Shown one piece after another: positions 19,027-28,157 of a stretch of DNA of 64,000 bases. A program made the translations under genes and the position numbers. Positions within the stretch are counted from its first letter, which is position 1; every line of letters starts with the position of its first letter. The notes beneath the pieces were generated by a model. That model was not told the DNA's origin, searched no databases, and was given only the letters and a program-made list of their open reading frames with translations. Source of the stretch: a virus (Duplodnaviria > Caudoviricetes); the IMG/VR virus record IMGVR_UViG_3300046473_000190, positions 8,965 through 72,964 of that record, one strand, 5' to 3'.

Positions 19027-21233
19027 TGGCCGAGGATGGGCCATGGAATGATTTTACGTCTGCGGCTGACGACGGGCCGTGGAAGGATTTTGCGTCGCCA
19101 AAATCCGCCCCGCATTTGATGCCGCATACAGTTGGCGAGGCCGTCAGTGGCGCGGCTGCGCCAATAATGGACATTCCCTCGACTTACCAGGAAACAATCA
19201 AGGGGTCTCTCGAACGGGCTGGGCATGGTGTCGAGCAGATTAAAACCGGACAGCCGTGGGAGGTTGCCAAAGGTGCCGGCAACATTGCATTAGGCGGTCT
19301 TGGCTATCTCACTGCCCCGATCAGTGCCCCGCTGCACAGCATTGTTAACAAGCCGATTGCAACAGCTACTAAGCCGGTTCTTGGTGAAGCCGGTAGCGAG
19401 TTTGCGGGCAACCTAGCCGAAGCTGGGGCAGGGTTTGCCTTACCGGTTCCCAAAGGTATTCCTCGCATGGCCAAGGCCTTGCCGGAAGAAGTCGGCTTTG
19501 GCGTTACCGGGAGCGAGGCGGATCTGACGGGTGTAGGCCGCCAGATCGAACAAAATGCCATTCGCAATAGAAAACCGCAGGCTACGGCGTGGGCGGAGCA
19601 ACGAGAGGATCAACTCGCGCGATCCAGGAATATTGTCGCCGAAGGGTTGCATCCTGAAGGCGAACAACTTGCCACGACACCGCAGGAAGCCGGGACGTCA
19701 GTTTCAAATATCGTTCAGCAGGCGGAGCAGAAAGCAAAATCCGGCGTTGATGCGCTCTACAAGACTGCCGCCGACCAGCCGGGAATGATCCATCGCCGTG
19801 TTTTTGAGGGCATTGGTGACGATATCAAAGCCGATCTGTATCAAGCCGAAAATCCAGTCGTTGTGTCAGAAATAACGACACCGCACGCCTCGCAAATGGT
19901 GGATTATCTTGACAATAAGATTTCCGCATTACTTGCACCCAGAAATAAGGCGATCCCGGCACCAACGGAAACTATTGCGGGCATTAACCTGAATGGTGTC
20001 GATCAATTGCGGAGAGAACTTGCGACGTTCCGTGACGCTTCTTTCCGTGGCGGAACGGGTGCGGACCAAACTGCGACGCAAGAGGTTTTGAAGGCGTTTG
20101 ACAAGCGAGTTGATCAAGCGGTCAATTCGCCGTTGTTTACGGGCGACGCAAAAGCGATTCAAGCGTGGAACGATGCACGGGCCGCGCATGCCGATTACCG
20201 TTCCACGTTCGGCGGCGGACGGTCGCGAGATCCGGTCGGCAAGGTCGTGCAGAACATTCTGGGTGACAACGTTAAGGAGCCGATGGAGCCAACCAAGGTT
20301 ATCGACCAACTGAGTAAGATTGCGGTAGCAAACCGTGTTAAGACTATTGTTGGGGGCGATGGTTCGCCCGGATGGACTGCCGTCAAGCAAGCGACATTCC
20401 GTGATCTTGTGGAAGCGGGCGAGGGTCAGACTGCTTTTGGCACGGCCAAATCGGCAGAACGACTCAGTAAATTCCTCAATAGCGATGCCGCAGCGGTAAT
20501 GTATTCACCGGCAGAGACGGCGACCCTGCGCGAATATGCGGCCATGCTGCGCCGGATTACGCCACGCCGGGGGGAATATCAACCATCAGCGCCTGGGATT
20601 ACCGATGCTATTGGTACGATCACAAAACGAATTGCAGCAGGGATTGGGGCGGCTATAGGCTACAAATTGACCGGGGGAGTCGGCGGGGAACTCGCTGGGG
20701 CAGCCGTCGGTCATGGGGTTGAAACCGCTCATCAGGCAATGCTAGCGCGGCTTTCTAGGCGCCTTCCATTGGTTGCCCCGCAGATGCAACAATGGTCGCG
20801 CGCTCAGTCGGCGTTAGCTGCGGCTAAGAATGCGCCAACCGCTCCTGACTTGGCTATCCGTGCCGCCCGCGCGTCGTCGGCGCTGGAAAAGACCTTGTCA
20901 GGGATTGAACAGGAATTTCGGATGCTGCAATCGCCGGCTCCGGCAGGCGCAGGCGAGCAGAACCAACAGAACGTTCCAGGGCCACCACCCCAAAAGAAAC
21001 ACGGCGGCCGCATAGGCGAAAAGCAAAACCCTGCCCATGGCGGTCATATAAGGGAAAAATTTAAACTATCCCACGCCTCAGTCGGCTACATGGCCCAGTC
21101 TACCCACTTGCCGCAAAAGTGCAGCGGATGTATCATGTTCCTGCCCCAGTCAGGGTGTACGCTTGTGCAATCGCCCATCAAAGCAGGTGGATGGTGTCGG
21201 CGGTTTGAGACGCGAAAAGGAGGGACGCGATGA
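19026..21233 (+). CDS. internal virion/ejection protein with C-terminal HiPIP-like 4Cys domain
   Basis: Helical body, N-terminal GPWNDF/GPWKDF repeat; C-terminal C-x2-C-x8-C-x12-C with GWC. Confidence 0.7.
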   Translation: MAEDGPWNDFTSAADDGPWKDFASPKSAPHLMPHTVGEAVSGAAAPIMDIPSTYQETIKGSLERAGHGVEQIKTGQPWEVAKGAGNIALGGLGYLTAPISAPLHSIVNKPIATATKPVLGEAGSEFAGNLAEAGAGFALPVPKGIPRMAKALPEEVGFGVTGSEADLTGVGRQIEQNAIRNRKPQATAWAEQREDQLARSRNIVAEGLHPEGEQLATTPQEAGTSVSNIVQQAEQKAKSGVDALYKTAADQPGMIHRRVFEGIGDDIKADLYQAENPVVVSEITTPHASQMVDYLDNKISALLAPRNKAIPAPTETIAGINLNGVDQLRRELATFRDASFRGGTGADQTATQEVLKAFDKRVDQAVNSPLFTGDAKAIQAWNDARAAHADYRSTFGGGRSRDPVGKVVQNILGDNVKEPMEPTKVIDQLSKIAVANRVKTIVGGDGSPGWTAVKQATFRDLVEAGEGQTAFGTAKSAERLSKFLNSDAAAVMYSPAETATLREYAAMLRRITPRRGEYQPSAPGITDAIGTITKRIAAGIGAAIGYKLTGGVGGELAGAAVGHGVETAHQAMLARLSRRLPLVAPQMQQWSRAQSALAAAKNAPTAPDLAIRAARASSALEKTLSGIEQEFRMLQSPAPAGAGEQNQQNVPGPPPQKKHGGRIGEKQNPAHGGHIREKFKLSHASVGYMAQSTHLPQKCSGCIMFLPQSGCTLVQSPIKAGGWCRRFETRKGGTR

Positions 21234-21313
21234 ATTGGGAACTTTTCTGGATAGCGTTTGGAATAACTAGCATTTTGCTGACGGTTTTCTCAATGGCTGA
21301 CCCGCGTTATTAA
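21230..21313 (+). CDS. small membrane peptide MNWELFWIAFGITSILLTVFSMADPRY
   Basis: ATGA overlap, RBS AAGGAGG, one hydrophobic helix. Confidence 0.45.
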   Translation: MNWELFWIAFGITSILLTVFSMADPRY

Positions 21314-21316
21314 AAA

Positions 21317-21496
21317 ATGACCCAGAATGAGGTGATGGATCAGTTGGATCGTCTTGCGACTCAAGCCAATCAAGAGAGTTTCGAATCGCGTTCGCACGAG
21401 ATAGCAGCTGGCGAACGCGCTTTATATTTAATCGGACTCATCAAAAAGCAATTCGATAAATTCGGTTTTGACGGATGGGATGAAGAAATAGAATGA
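21317..21496 (+). CDS. hypothetical protein, 59 aa
   Basis: Manual translation MTQNEVMDQLDRLA...GWDEEIE. Confidence 0.45.
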   Translation: MTQNEVMDQLDRLATQANQESFESRSHEIAAGERALYLIGLIKKQFDKFGFDGWDEEIE

Positions 21497-21550
21497 CCGT
21501 GCAGTCCATCAAGGCAGGTGGGTGGTGTCAGCGGTTTGATGAGGGGAACC

Positions 21551-21784
21551 ATGCCCCGGCTGAATGAAGGCGACCTGGCCCGCGTCAAGACACAGGAATT
21601 GGACGATTCGTGGCCGACCATGATTGAGATTGTGGCTTATTTCGGTGAGGGGCGGCGCAGGCGCCGTTCCGTCGAGATATCGGCTGCGCAGTTCTTCGGT
21701 ACGGACGGCTATGGCGCGCCAATGGGCGGGGACCAGCTTATTCATGTGGTCAACCAACTGCGGAGATTGGGGCCAAAAAGGTAA
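21551..21784 (+). CDS. hypothetical protein
   Basis: GAGGGG RBS before ATG 21551. Confidence 0.55.
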   Translation: MPRLNEGDLARVKTQELDDSWPTMIEIVAYFGEGRRRRRSVEISAAQFFGTDGYGAPMGGDQLIHVVNQLRRLGPKR

Positions 21785-21790
21785 GGGCCA

Positions 21791-22291
21791 ATGGGACGAT
21801 CTATCGGCATCCTGATTGTGTTCGGGATTGTACTCGTCATCATCGTATTCGTGGCGCTGGCCTTCGGGTCTGCTCTGCCGGGTGATGCCCGCGATCTCGG
21901 TCAATGGGAGGATAGCGACCCTGCGGTGAAGGCTTGGTTTCAGGCTCTAGTACAGCCCGATACAATTGTTCCCGGTAGTCCAGGCACATCGTGTTGTGGC
22001 GAGGCCGATGCATATTACGTCGATGTCAGCGTGCAGCGGGACCGGATTATAGCGACGATCAGCGATGACCGCGACGATAAAAAGTTACAGCGGTTTCATG
22101 AGAAAAATGGCACGCAGTACGTGGTGCCGCCAGCCAAGATTGTCGGTGCAGAGCAACGGGCGGGCAATCCGACTGGTCGCGCCGTGATATTTCTGGGATC
22201 GGTAAGTTTAGCTTTTCCCGGCGAGGCGGTGACGGGGGATCGGAGTAAGCAACGTCAAGTATTATGCTTTGTCGATAACAGCGCGTTTTAG
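21791..22291 (+). CDS. exported or membrane-anchored hypothetical protein
   Basis: N-terminal hydrophobic helix; SCCGEAD motif. Confidence 0.6.
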   Translation: MGRSIGILIVFGIVLVIIVFVALAFGSALPGDARDLGQWEDSDPAVKAWFQALVQPDTIVPGSPGTSCCGEADAYYVDVSVQRDRIIATISDDRDDKKLQRFHEKNGTQYVVPPAKIVGAEQRAGNPTGRAVIFLGSVSLAFPGEAVTGDRSKQRQVLCFVDNSAF

Positions 22292-22306
22292 CGGTCCGCC
22301 ATATCA

Positions 22307-22690
22307 TTGTCACCTCGGAATGCTTATATGTGGCCCATGGACTGGTGGATCTCAGACACTGACCAAATCCTGGTCGCGATTGCCAGATTACAGTCTGCCG
22401 TGAGTGCTCTGCAAAGAAGCGTAAACTCAGTCCTTCAAAAGGAGAATCAAATGGCTATCGACCTTACTAGCATGACCGCAGAGGTGGCAAATAATACCAG
22501 TGTTACCGGTTCGGTTGTGACGCTTTTGAACAACCTGACCGCGATTATCAAGGCCATTCCGCCATCGACGGACCCGGTCACGCAGGCGGCTCTTGACGAG
22601 TTGTCCACGACGCTTGCCGCAAACGACACGGCCGCGGCCGCAGCTGTTGTGCAAAATACGCCCAGCGCGTCGGCAAAGGCCCCTCGGTAA
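22307..22690 (+). CDS. hypothetical coiled-coil protein (start uncertain, internal AAGGAG-ATG at 22451)
   Basis: ORF track; helical heptads. Confidence 0.5.
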   Translation: MSPRNAYMWPMDWWISDTDQILVAIARLQSAVSALQRSVNSVLQKENQMAIDLTSMTAEVANNTSVTGSVVTLLNNLTAIIKAIPPSTDPVTQAALDELSTTLAANDTAAAAAVVQNTPSASAKAPR

Positions 22691-22691
22691 C

Positions 22692-23171
22692 GTGCATACC
22701 AGCGACGCGGGCAGGAAGTTCATCGAAGGGTGGGAAGGTTTATACCTTCACACCTACGATGACGGCACTGGGGTTCTAACCATCGGCTATGGTCACACCT
22801 CGGCGGCTGGTCCGCCGCACGTCTACCATGGCATGACGATTACGGCAGCGCAGGCTGACCAGATTCTCGCGTCCGATTTGGCCGCTGTGGAACTTGACGT
22901 TAATCATTTCGTCAAGGTGCCAATCAATCAGAACCAATATGATGCTCTTGTCAGCTTTGACTTCAACACGGGGGCGCTCGGGCGATCCAATGTGCTGCGT
23001 TCGGTCAATTCCAATAGATTCACGGAAGTTCCCGCCGACCTGATGATGTGGGTCCGTGGCGGCGGCCGTGTTATGCAAGGACTTGTCAACCGCCGGAGGG
23101 CCGAGTCAATACTGTTCATGAAGCTAATGGCACCTGCCTTGGGAGGCAAAACAGCTCGTCGTGAACGATGA
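22692..23171 (+). CDS. GH24 lysozyme (endolysin)
   Basis: FIEGWEG..L..YDDGTGVLTIGYGHT, NQNQYDALVSFDFNTG, GLVNRRRAE; GTG start inferred. Confidence 0.92.
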   Translation: MHTSDAGRKFIEGWEGLYLHTYDDGTGVLTIGYGHTSAAGPPHVYHGMTITAAQADQILASDLAAVELDVNHFVKVPINQNQYDALVSFDFNTGALGRSNVLRSVNSNRFTEVPADLMMWVRGGGRVMQGLVNRRRAESILFMKLMAPALGGKTARRER

Positions 23172-23701
23172 GCGAATTGTTGCTTCAATTTTCAACAAGC
23201 CCTGCTTTTGCTTCAAGCATCATTCGACGACTTACCCATTCTCCCTTTTCGCACGTGGATATAATCCTTCCGGGAGAGGGATTGCTGGGCGTAAGTGGCC
23301 CAGACAACGATATTGGTGATCCAGGCGGCGTGATGATACGGTCGTTTAATGCGTGGCCCTATCTCACGCTGCCCAAAGTAGCCAAATTGCGAGGGCCGGA
23401 AGATAAAATACGCACGGCTATTGACTGGACGCGTTCTCAAATCGGCAAGCCGTTCGACCATGCAGCCTTATGGCATTTTCTCGATGATTTGGCTGAGAAG
23501 CCTAAACGAAATTGGCGGGATGAGAACAGTTGGATTTGCAGTGAAATTAGCTGTAGAGCCATTGAAATCAGTGGCTTACTCTCATACAGTCTTTTAGCGA
23601 TAAAGGAACGTATTAGCCCCGGCGATCTTTTGTTGATCGTCAACCCACTTATGAGCGAGGGGAACATCAATGAATTTCTCGGCATTGGATTGGACAAATA
23701 G
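23168..23701 (+). CDS. permuted papain-like NlpC/P60 (YiiX/YebB-type) amidase
   Basis: SPFSHVDI (His) precedes QIGKPFD and WICSEI (Cys). Confidence 0.8.
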   Translation: MSELLLQFSTSPAFASSIIRRLTHSPFSHVDIILPGEGLLGVSGPDNDIGDPGGVMIRSFNAWPYLTLPKVAKLRGPEDKIRTAIDWTRSQIGKPFDHAALWHFLDDLAEKPKRNWRDENSWICSEISCRAIEISGLLSYSLLAIKERISPGDLLLIVNPLMSEGNINEFLGIGLDK

Positions 23702-24164
23702 TGCTGTGTACCAATACCTTATCGAGCATATGCACGATGGTTGCTGCACGTCTTGGCCGTTTGGAAGAACGCGCGGCAATTACGGAATCATTCGGGTTCC
23801 TCGAATGGGAGGCAGGTTTAACGGCATGGTAAGGACCGGCCGTCTGGTTTGTGAGTTGATGCACGGGTCTGCGCCGGAAGACAAGCCATTCGCCCGACAT
23901 CTATGTGGCAAAGGGCATCTTGGTTGTTTTAATGCTGAATGCTTGGTATGGGGTTCAAAGCAGGAAAATGAAGATGATAAGCGTATCCATGGTACTGTTT
24001 TGACTGGCGAAAGGCATAATATGGCAAAACTGAATTGGGAAAAAGTTCATGCGATTCGCGCTGCTAAGGGAAAAATAACGCAGAGAGAACTTGCCGAAAA
24101 ATTTGAAGTGTGTCTTGGTACTATAGCGGTAATCCATCAGAATAAAAATTGGATTGAAGCATAA
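23670..24164 (+). CDS. HNH homing endonuclease with C-terminal HTH
   Basis: CTSWPF..YG..., RHLCG.G..GCFNAECLVWGSKQEN, C-terminal TQRELAEKFEV; visibly AT-richer. Confidence 0.8.
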   Translation: MNFSALDWTNSAVYQYLIEHMHDGCCTSWPFGRTRGNYGIIRVPRMGGRFNGMVRTGRLVCELMHGSAPEDKPFARHLCGKGHLGCFNAECLVWGSKQENEDDKRIHGTVLTGERHNMAKLNWEKVHAIRAAKGKITQRELAEKFEVCLGTIAVIHQNKNWIEA

Positions 24165-24389
24165 ATGCGCATCAAGCTTACCACGGCTTCTCCTGGCGAG
24201 CAGCAAGCGGCGTTTAATGCCGTTTATTGGGATTTGGTGGCGCTCGTCAAAGAGTTGCCGGGAATTGCACAGATTCCAGCCTCCAATAAACTCAATAGTG
24301 TAGAGGGCCGTGCGCAACTCATGAAGATCATTGACGATGGCTTGGCCGCCGCCGAGAAGTATCGGGCGGCTTCACTACAAAAATCATAG
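24165..24389 (+). CDS. hypothetical protein
   Basis: Abuts HNH stop codon. Confidence 0.55.
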   Translation: MRIKLTTASPGEQQAAFNAVYWDLVALVKELPGIAQIPASNKLNSVEGRAQLMKIIDDGLAAAEKYRAASLQKS

Positions 24390-24396
24390 GTTGGTC

Positions 24397-24711
24397 ATGC
24401 CCACAGTCGATCCACAGGTACGGTTTTGGGTTGGCATTGTCATCACCATTGCGGTTGGTATCTCGCAAGGCACTGTTAGCCTGACGAATGCGATTCCGGC
24501 CGGCTTAATTCCCAGTGTGACGGCATGGGCAGGGATTTTAGCCTTTATCGGCTCTGCCCTCCTGACTGGACTCAATGCTCTTGCCTCGACAACCAAGAGC
24601 CGTTTGGCAAGTGCGGTGGCTGTTCCGGAAGTAGTGAGAATCGAGACGACATCGGCACATCAGGCTGACGCTGGCGGCGACAAGGTGGTAGAAGTTCCAA
24701 AGCAAACCTAG
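24397..24711 (+). CDS. holin-like two-TM membrane protein
   Basis: Two hydrophobic helices, polar C-tail, lysis module context. Confidence 0.55.
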   Translation: MPTVDPQVRFWVGIVITIAVGISQGTVSLTNAIPAGLIPSVTAWAGILAFIGSALLTGLNALASTTKSRLASAVAVPEVVRIETTSAHQADAGGDKVVEVPKQT

Positions 24712-24720
24712 GAGATTGTC

Positions 24721-25122
24721 ATGCTACAGACATTGAATACGCGCCGCGGGGCGCTTTCCAAGATCGCAGTCGTCGGGGCGGCCATAACCGCGGGCACCGG
24801 CATGGGCAGCGTCGCTACCTGCAGTTCTACGGGCGGCGTTGTCATCAATCCGGATGTGATTGACGCAATCCAGAAAGCGGTCGCGACGGCCTGCGGGTTT
24901 GTGCCTGCGGTTTCGACACTGGTCGCCATCGTAGCGGCGTCGTTTCCGGCTGTAGCCGGTGTAGCCACGATTGCGGATACGGTGCTGGAACAGATCGCCG
25001 CCCTGCTTTGCACGGCTTATACGTCGGCCCAGGTGTCTGGCCAACTCAAGGGTGTTCCCATGGCGGGAACAGTGCCGATCCACGGCTTGCACGTCGTTAA
25101 CGGCAAGATCGTTGCGTTCTGA
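24721..25122 (+). CDS. exported/lipoprotein-like protein with twin-arginine-like N-terminus
   Basis: RBS TAGGAG; NTRRGALSKIAVVGAA...VATCSS. Confidence 0.55.
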   Translation: MLQTLNTRRGALSKIAVVGAAITAGTGMGSVATCSSTGGVVINPDVIDAIQKAVATACGFVPAVSTLVAIVAASFPAVAGVATIADTVLEQIAALLCTAYTSAQVSGQLKGVPMAGTVPIHGLHVVNGKIVAF

Positions 25123-25322
25123 TGAGCAATTGGGCGTTTGAACTGTTCCTCAATGCGGAAGGGCTGTCCGCCGAGGAAAAGGCGCAGGTCGAAGCGGCAT
25201 TACCGGCGTTGAACGAGATGATCACGCTCGTTAACGCCAATAGGCCGTTTCTGGAAAAAATGCTGCAATTGTGGGCCATTGTCGGGCCGGCAGCGCAAAC
25301 TGTGTCCAGCCACCTCAAATAG
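25122..25322 (+). CDS. hypothetical protein
   Basis: TGATG overlap. Confidence 0.55.
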   Translation: MSNWAFELFLNAEGLSAEEKAQVEAALPALNEMITLVNANRPFLEKMLQLWAIVGPAAQTVSSHLK

Positions 25323-25329
25323 GTGACCC

Positions 25330-26127
25330 ATGCCGTTGATGTTCGGCAAGACCCCCGCCGTACCTGACGCGGTTAAACTCAAGTTCGCCACCTATTTCGA
25401 TGCCACGGAATTGCCGAAGCCGCCGCCGGTCTATGGCGTGGCAAATCATAGCCTAGTCAACACCTGGCCGATGTTCGGTAATACGACCTATGGCGACTGC
25501 GTATGGGCAGGGGCGGCCCACGAAACGATGCTCTGGGTGCGGGAGGGCGGCAGCAGGGTGTTATTCACCGATAGCACTGTCCTATCCGATTATTCGGCCG
25601 CAACCGGCTTTATCCCCTCGCAGCCAGCCACCGACCAGGGCACTAACATGGCGGAGGCCGCGGCCTACCGCCAGAAAACCGGCATCGTGGATGCAAGCGG
25701 ATTACGGCACAAAGTCGGGCCGTATGTTGCGCTCGAGGCCGGTAACCTGCAGCAAGTGACCTTGGCCTCGTACCTGTTCTCCGTGGCCGCGATCGGGGTT
25801 CTGGTTCCGCAAAGCGCGGTGAAACAGTTCGAATCGGCCCAGCCGTGGAGTGTTGTCAGCACCAATACCAAGATCGTAGGCGGCCATTACGTGCCGGTCG
25901 TCGGCCGCAACAGCAGTGGGCATTACATCGTGGTGACGTGGGGCCGCCTGCAGGCGGCGGAACCAGCGTGGATCGAGAGATATATGGACGAGGGATTGGC
26001 CTATCTGTCCCTTGAACGGCTACGGAATGGCATATCCCCGTTGGGGTTCGATGAGGGAAGGTTGGAACAGGACTTGAACAACATCCACCTAGCCTTGAAC
26101 GACAATGGTTCGGTGGTTGCAGCATAG
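25330..26127 (+). CDS. papain-like (C1-type) cysteine peptidase
   Basis: GNTTYGDCVWAG (Cys), GGHYVPVVG (His), VTWG. Confidence 0.75.
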   Translation: MPLMFGKTPAVPDAVKLKFATYFDATELPKPPPVYGVANHSLVNTWPMFGNTTYGDCVWAGAAHETMLWVREGGSRVLFTDSTVLSDYSAATGFIPSQPATDQGTNMAEAAAYRQKTGIVDASGLRHKVGPYVALEAGNLQQVTLASYLFSVAAIGVLVPQSAVKQFESAQPWSVVSTNTKIVGGHYVPVVGRNSSGHYIVVTWGRLQAAEPAWIERYMDEGLAYLSLERLRNGISPLGFDEGRLEQDLNNIHLALNDNGSVVAA

Positions 26128-26136
26128 GAGGGAAAG

Positions 26137-26424
26137 ATGGGTTGGTTTTTTCTGTTGGCGTTGATCGCAACCAGCGGCGGTGGTACGGGAAAATTACCGG
26201 AGCCGCTTAGTAAAATACCGCTCAGCTGCATTGGCGCGTTGCAAATAAGCGACGACGCTTTCGTTGATTGTCGTGTTCTTTCAATGGAAAGAGAGTTGTA
26301 TAATCGTGGTTGCTATAACGCCGATCATTCCAATCAATGCAACGCACGCTATCAGGCACGATTGGAGGTATTGGCTCTTAGGGCAATTAACGATGCAGGT
26401 GAGGCTAAAAGCAAAATAAAATGA
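26137..26424 (+). CDS. secreted Cys-containing hypothetical protein
   Basis: GGAGG RBS, signal-like N-terminus, four Cys. Confidence 0.5.
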   Translation: MGWFFLLALIATSGGGTGKLPEPLSKIPLSCIGALQISDDAFVDCRVLSMERELYNRGCYNADHSNQCNARYQARLEVLALRAINDAGEAKSKIK

Positions 26425-26927
26425 CGGTTTCGGTATTCATTCTGCGCGGCGGCATCCTCCCCGGTGGGGCGGACGGTGTAGTCTCCTCGGCCGGAATGGA
26501 TGCGCTAGGCAGGCAACTGGCGGCGATCCATGGCGTAATCGTCAAGGTGTATAACTGGGGGCAGTGGCAGACTGTCGCATGGGATTTGTGGCGGGCGCAG
26601 GCAGCAAGCAATAAGATTATTCTTATCGGATATTCAGGGGGCGGGTGGTGTGCGACGCTCCTCGCGGATTTGCCTAATAAGCCAGCGATAGACCTGATGG
26701 TCGTCTATGACCCGTCGCCGGCCAGGCAGATGAAGCCCATTGGCCCAAACGTCAAACGGGCCATTTGCTACCATAATCAGCATCCCCTCATGTTTGGCTT
26801 GGGCGGCGGCGTCCTGACCGGAACCACGGCGATCGAAACGATCGATATCGCCGAACAGCACTTGGCCGTACAGTACGACCAAAAGCTGCATAATCATACC
26901 ATAGACGCGGTTCGCAGTCTGTTCTAA
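26421..26927 (+). CDS. alpha/beta hydrolase
   Basis: IILIGYSGGG nucleophile elbow, MVVYDP, EQHLAV. Confidence 0.7.
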   Translation: MTVSVFILRGGILPGGADGVVSSAGMDALGRQLAAIHGVIVKVYNWGQWQTVAWDLWRAQAASNKIILIGYSGGGWCATLLADLPNKPAIDLMVVYDPSPARQMKPIGPNVKRAICYHNQHPLMFGLGGGVLTGTTAIETIDIAEQHLAVQYDQKLHNHTIDAVRSLF

Positions 26928-26936
26928 AACACCATT

Positions 26937-27350
26937 ATGGTTGAGGATTGCGGTAGCCTGACCGCGCGGATTACCGCGCTGGAAAAGATGCTTGACGAAC
27001 GCGAGGATCGCACGAAAGAGCGGTTTATCGCGTTGGACAAGAATATTACCGTTGCGATGATGGCCGCGGATAAGGCCGTCGGCAAGGCTGAGATGGCGAC
27101 CGAAAAAAGGTTCGAGGGGGTCAATGAGTTCCGTTCAACCTTGGCCGACCAAGCGGCGACACTCCTGCCACGGGCAGAGTTTCAGGTACAGCACAAGTCG
27201 CTGTTGGATAAAATCGATGGGCTGGACGCGAGACTAGCGGCAATGGAAAACTCTGCAGCCAATATCCAGGGTCGCATATGGGCCATAGGAGCGATCTGGT
27301 CGATTTTTGTCGTGGCCGTATCCATCGGCGTGCGGTTTATAGGGCATTGA
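26937..27350 (+). CDS. coiled-coil protein with C-terminal TM anchor
   Basis: Heptads plus terminal hydrophobic helix. Confidence 0.6.
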   Translation: MVEDCGSLTARITALEKMLDEREDRTKERFIALDKNITVAMMAADKAVGKAEMATEKRFEGVNEFRSTLADQAATLLPRAEFQVQHKSLLDKIDGLDARLAAMENSAANIQGRIWAIGAIWSIFVVAVSIGVRFIGH

Positions 27351-27351
27351 T

Positions 27352-27561
27352 ATGAACCCCATAGTCATCACCCTCGTCCTCACGATCGGGATGCCGCCGA
27401 ATGTCCCGGACATTCAACTGAGACTGAAAGAACCCTCGATTGAGATATGCCTGAGCGACGCCAAGGAGTTTCTTATGCGTGGCGTGCCCAAGACGGCCAA
27501 GGACGCGATTGGCGTAGCCGCCGCATGTCTTGTGCCGAAAGACGTAAACACCGAGTTATGA
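27352..27561 (+). CDS. hypothetical protein
   Basis: ORF track. Confidence 0.5.
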   Translation: MNPIVITLVLTIGMPPNVPDIQLRLKEPSIEICLSDAKEFLMRGVPKTAKDAIGVAAACLVPKDVNTEL

Positions 27562-27563
27562 GA

Positions 27564-27998
27564 CTAGAATCGCGGCCGGTAAGCAAGTGCGTGGTGGTGG
27601 GCGCAATAGGGGCGGTTCTCGAGTAGATCCGCCGTCGGGTCGCCGCAGTAAGCAGCTTCTGCCGTCATCCAGCGACAGGTGTGGTTTTCAAGTTCCATGA
27701 TTCCGATGGCGCGCCATCCCATGCGCTCGGACGGCGGCAATGGGGCGGGTGGCTTGGCTTTGGGTTTATACGGCCCCCGTGGCCCCCGCACATGCAGTGA
27801 AGGAGGTTTGGGCGGCTTTGAGGGTCGCGCTGGGGCTCTGATACCCAACCGAAAGGCTTTTCCTACGACAGAGTTGCGAGAAAGCGGCGCACTAAAAGCC
27901 TCGCTGAGAGCCAAGGCGGCCTCGCCGCGGCTTTGGCCCATATCCAACATCGCCCGTAGGGCGGCTATAGCGTCGTCAGTCCACACGAAGTCGGTCAT
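27564..27998 (-). CDS. gcrA: GcrA cell-cycle regulator homolog
   Basis: WTDDAIAALRAML..GQS....., SRNSVVGKAFRLG, IMELENHTCRW...YCG...PYCAHH..LAY. Confidence 0.9.
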   Translation of the reverse strand: MTDFVWTDDAIAALRAMLDMGQSRGEAALALSEAFSAPLSRNSVVGKAFRLGIRAPARPSKPPKPPSLHVRGPRGPYKPKAKPPAPLPPSERMGWRAIGIMELENHTCRWMTAEAAYCGDPTADLLENRPYCAHHHALAYRPRF

Positions 27999-28157
27999 GG
28001 GGCCCTCTAGATTAAACCAATGGGTGGGCGTCTCTGGGCGATTGGAAGGCATTGCGGGGAAAAGCGAGCCATCGGCCGATCCACGGACACGGGGGTCAAG
28101 GGGGGCTAGACGGAAAATGCCCAAGGTGACCGATGGCTCAGTTTCAACGTACCACGC

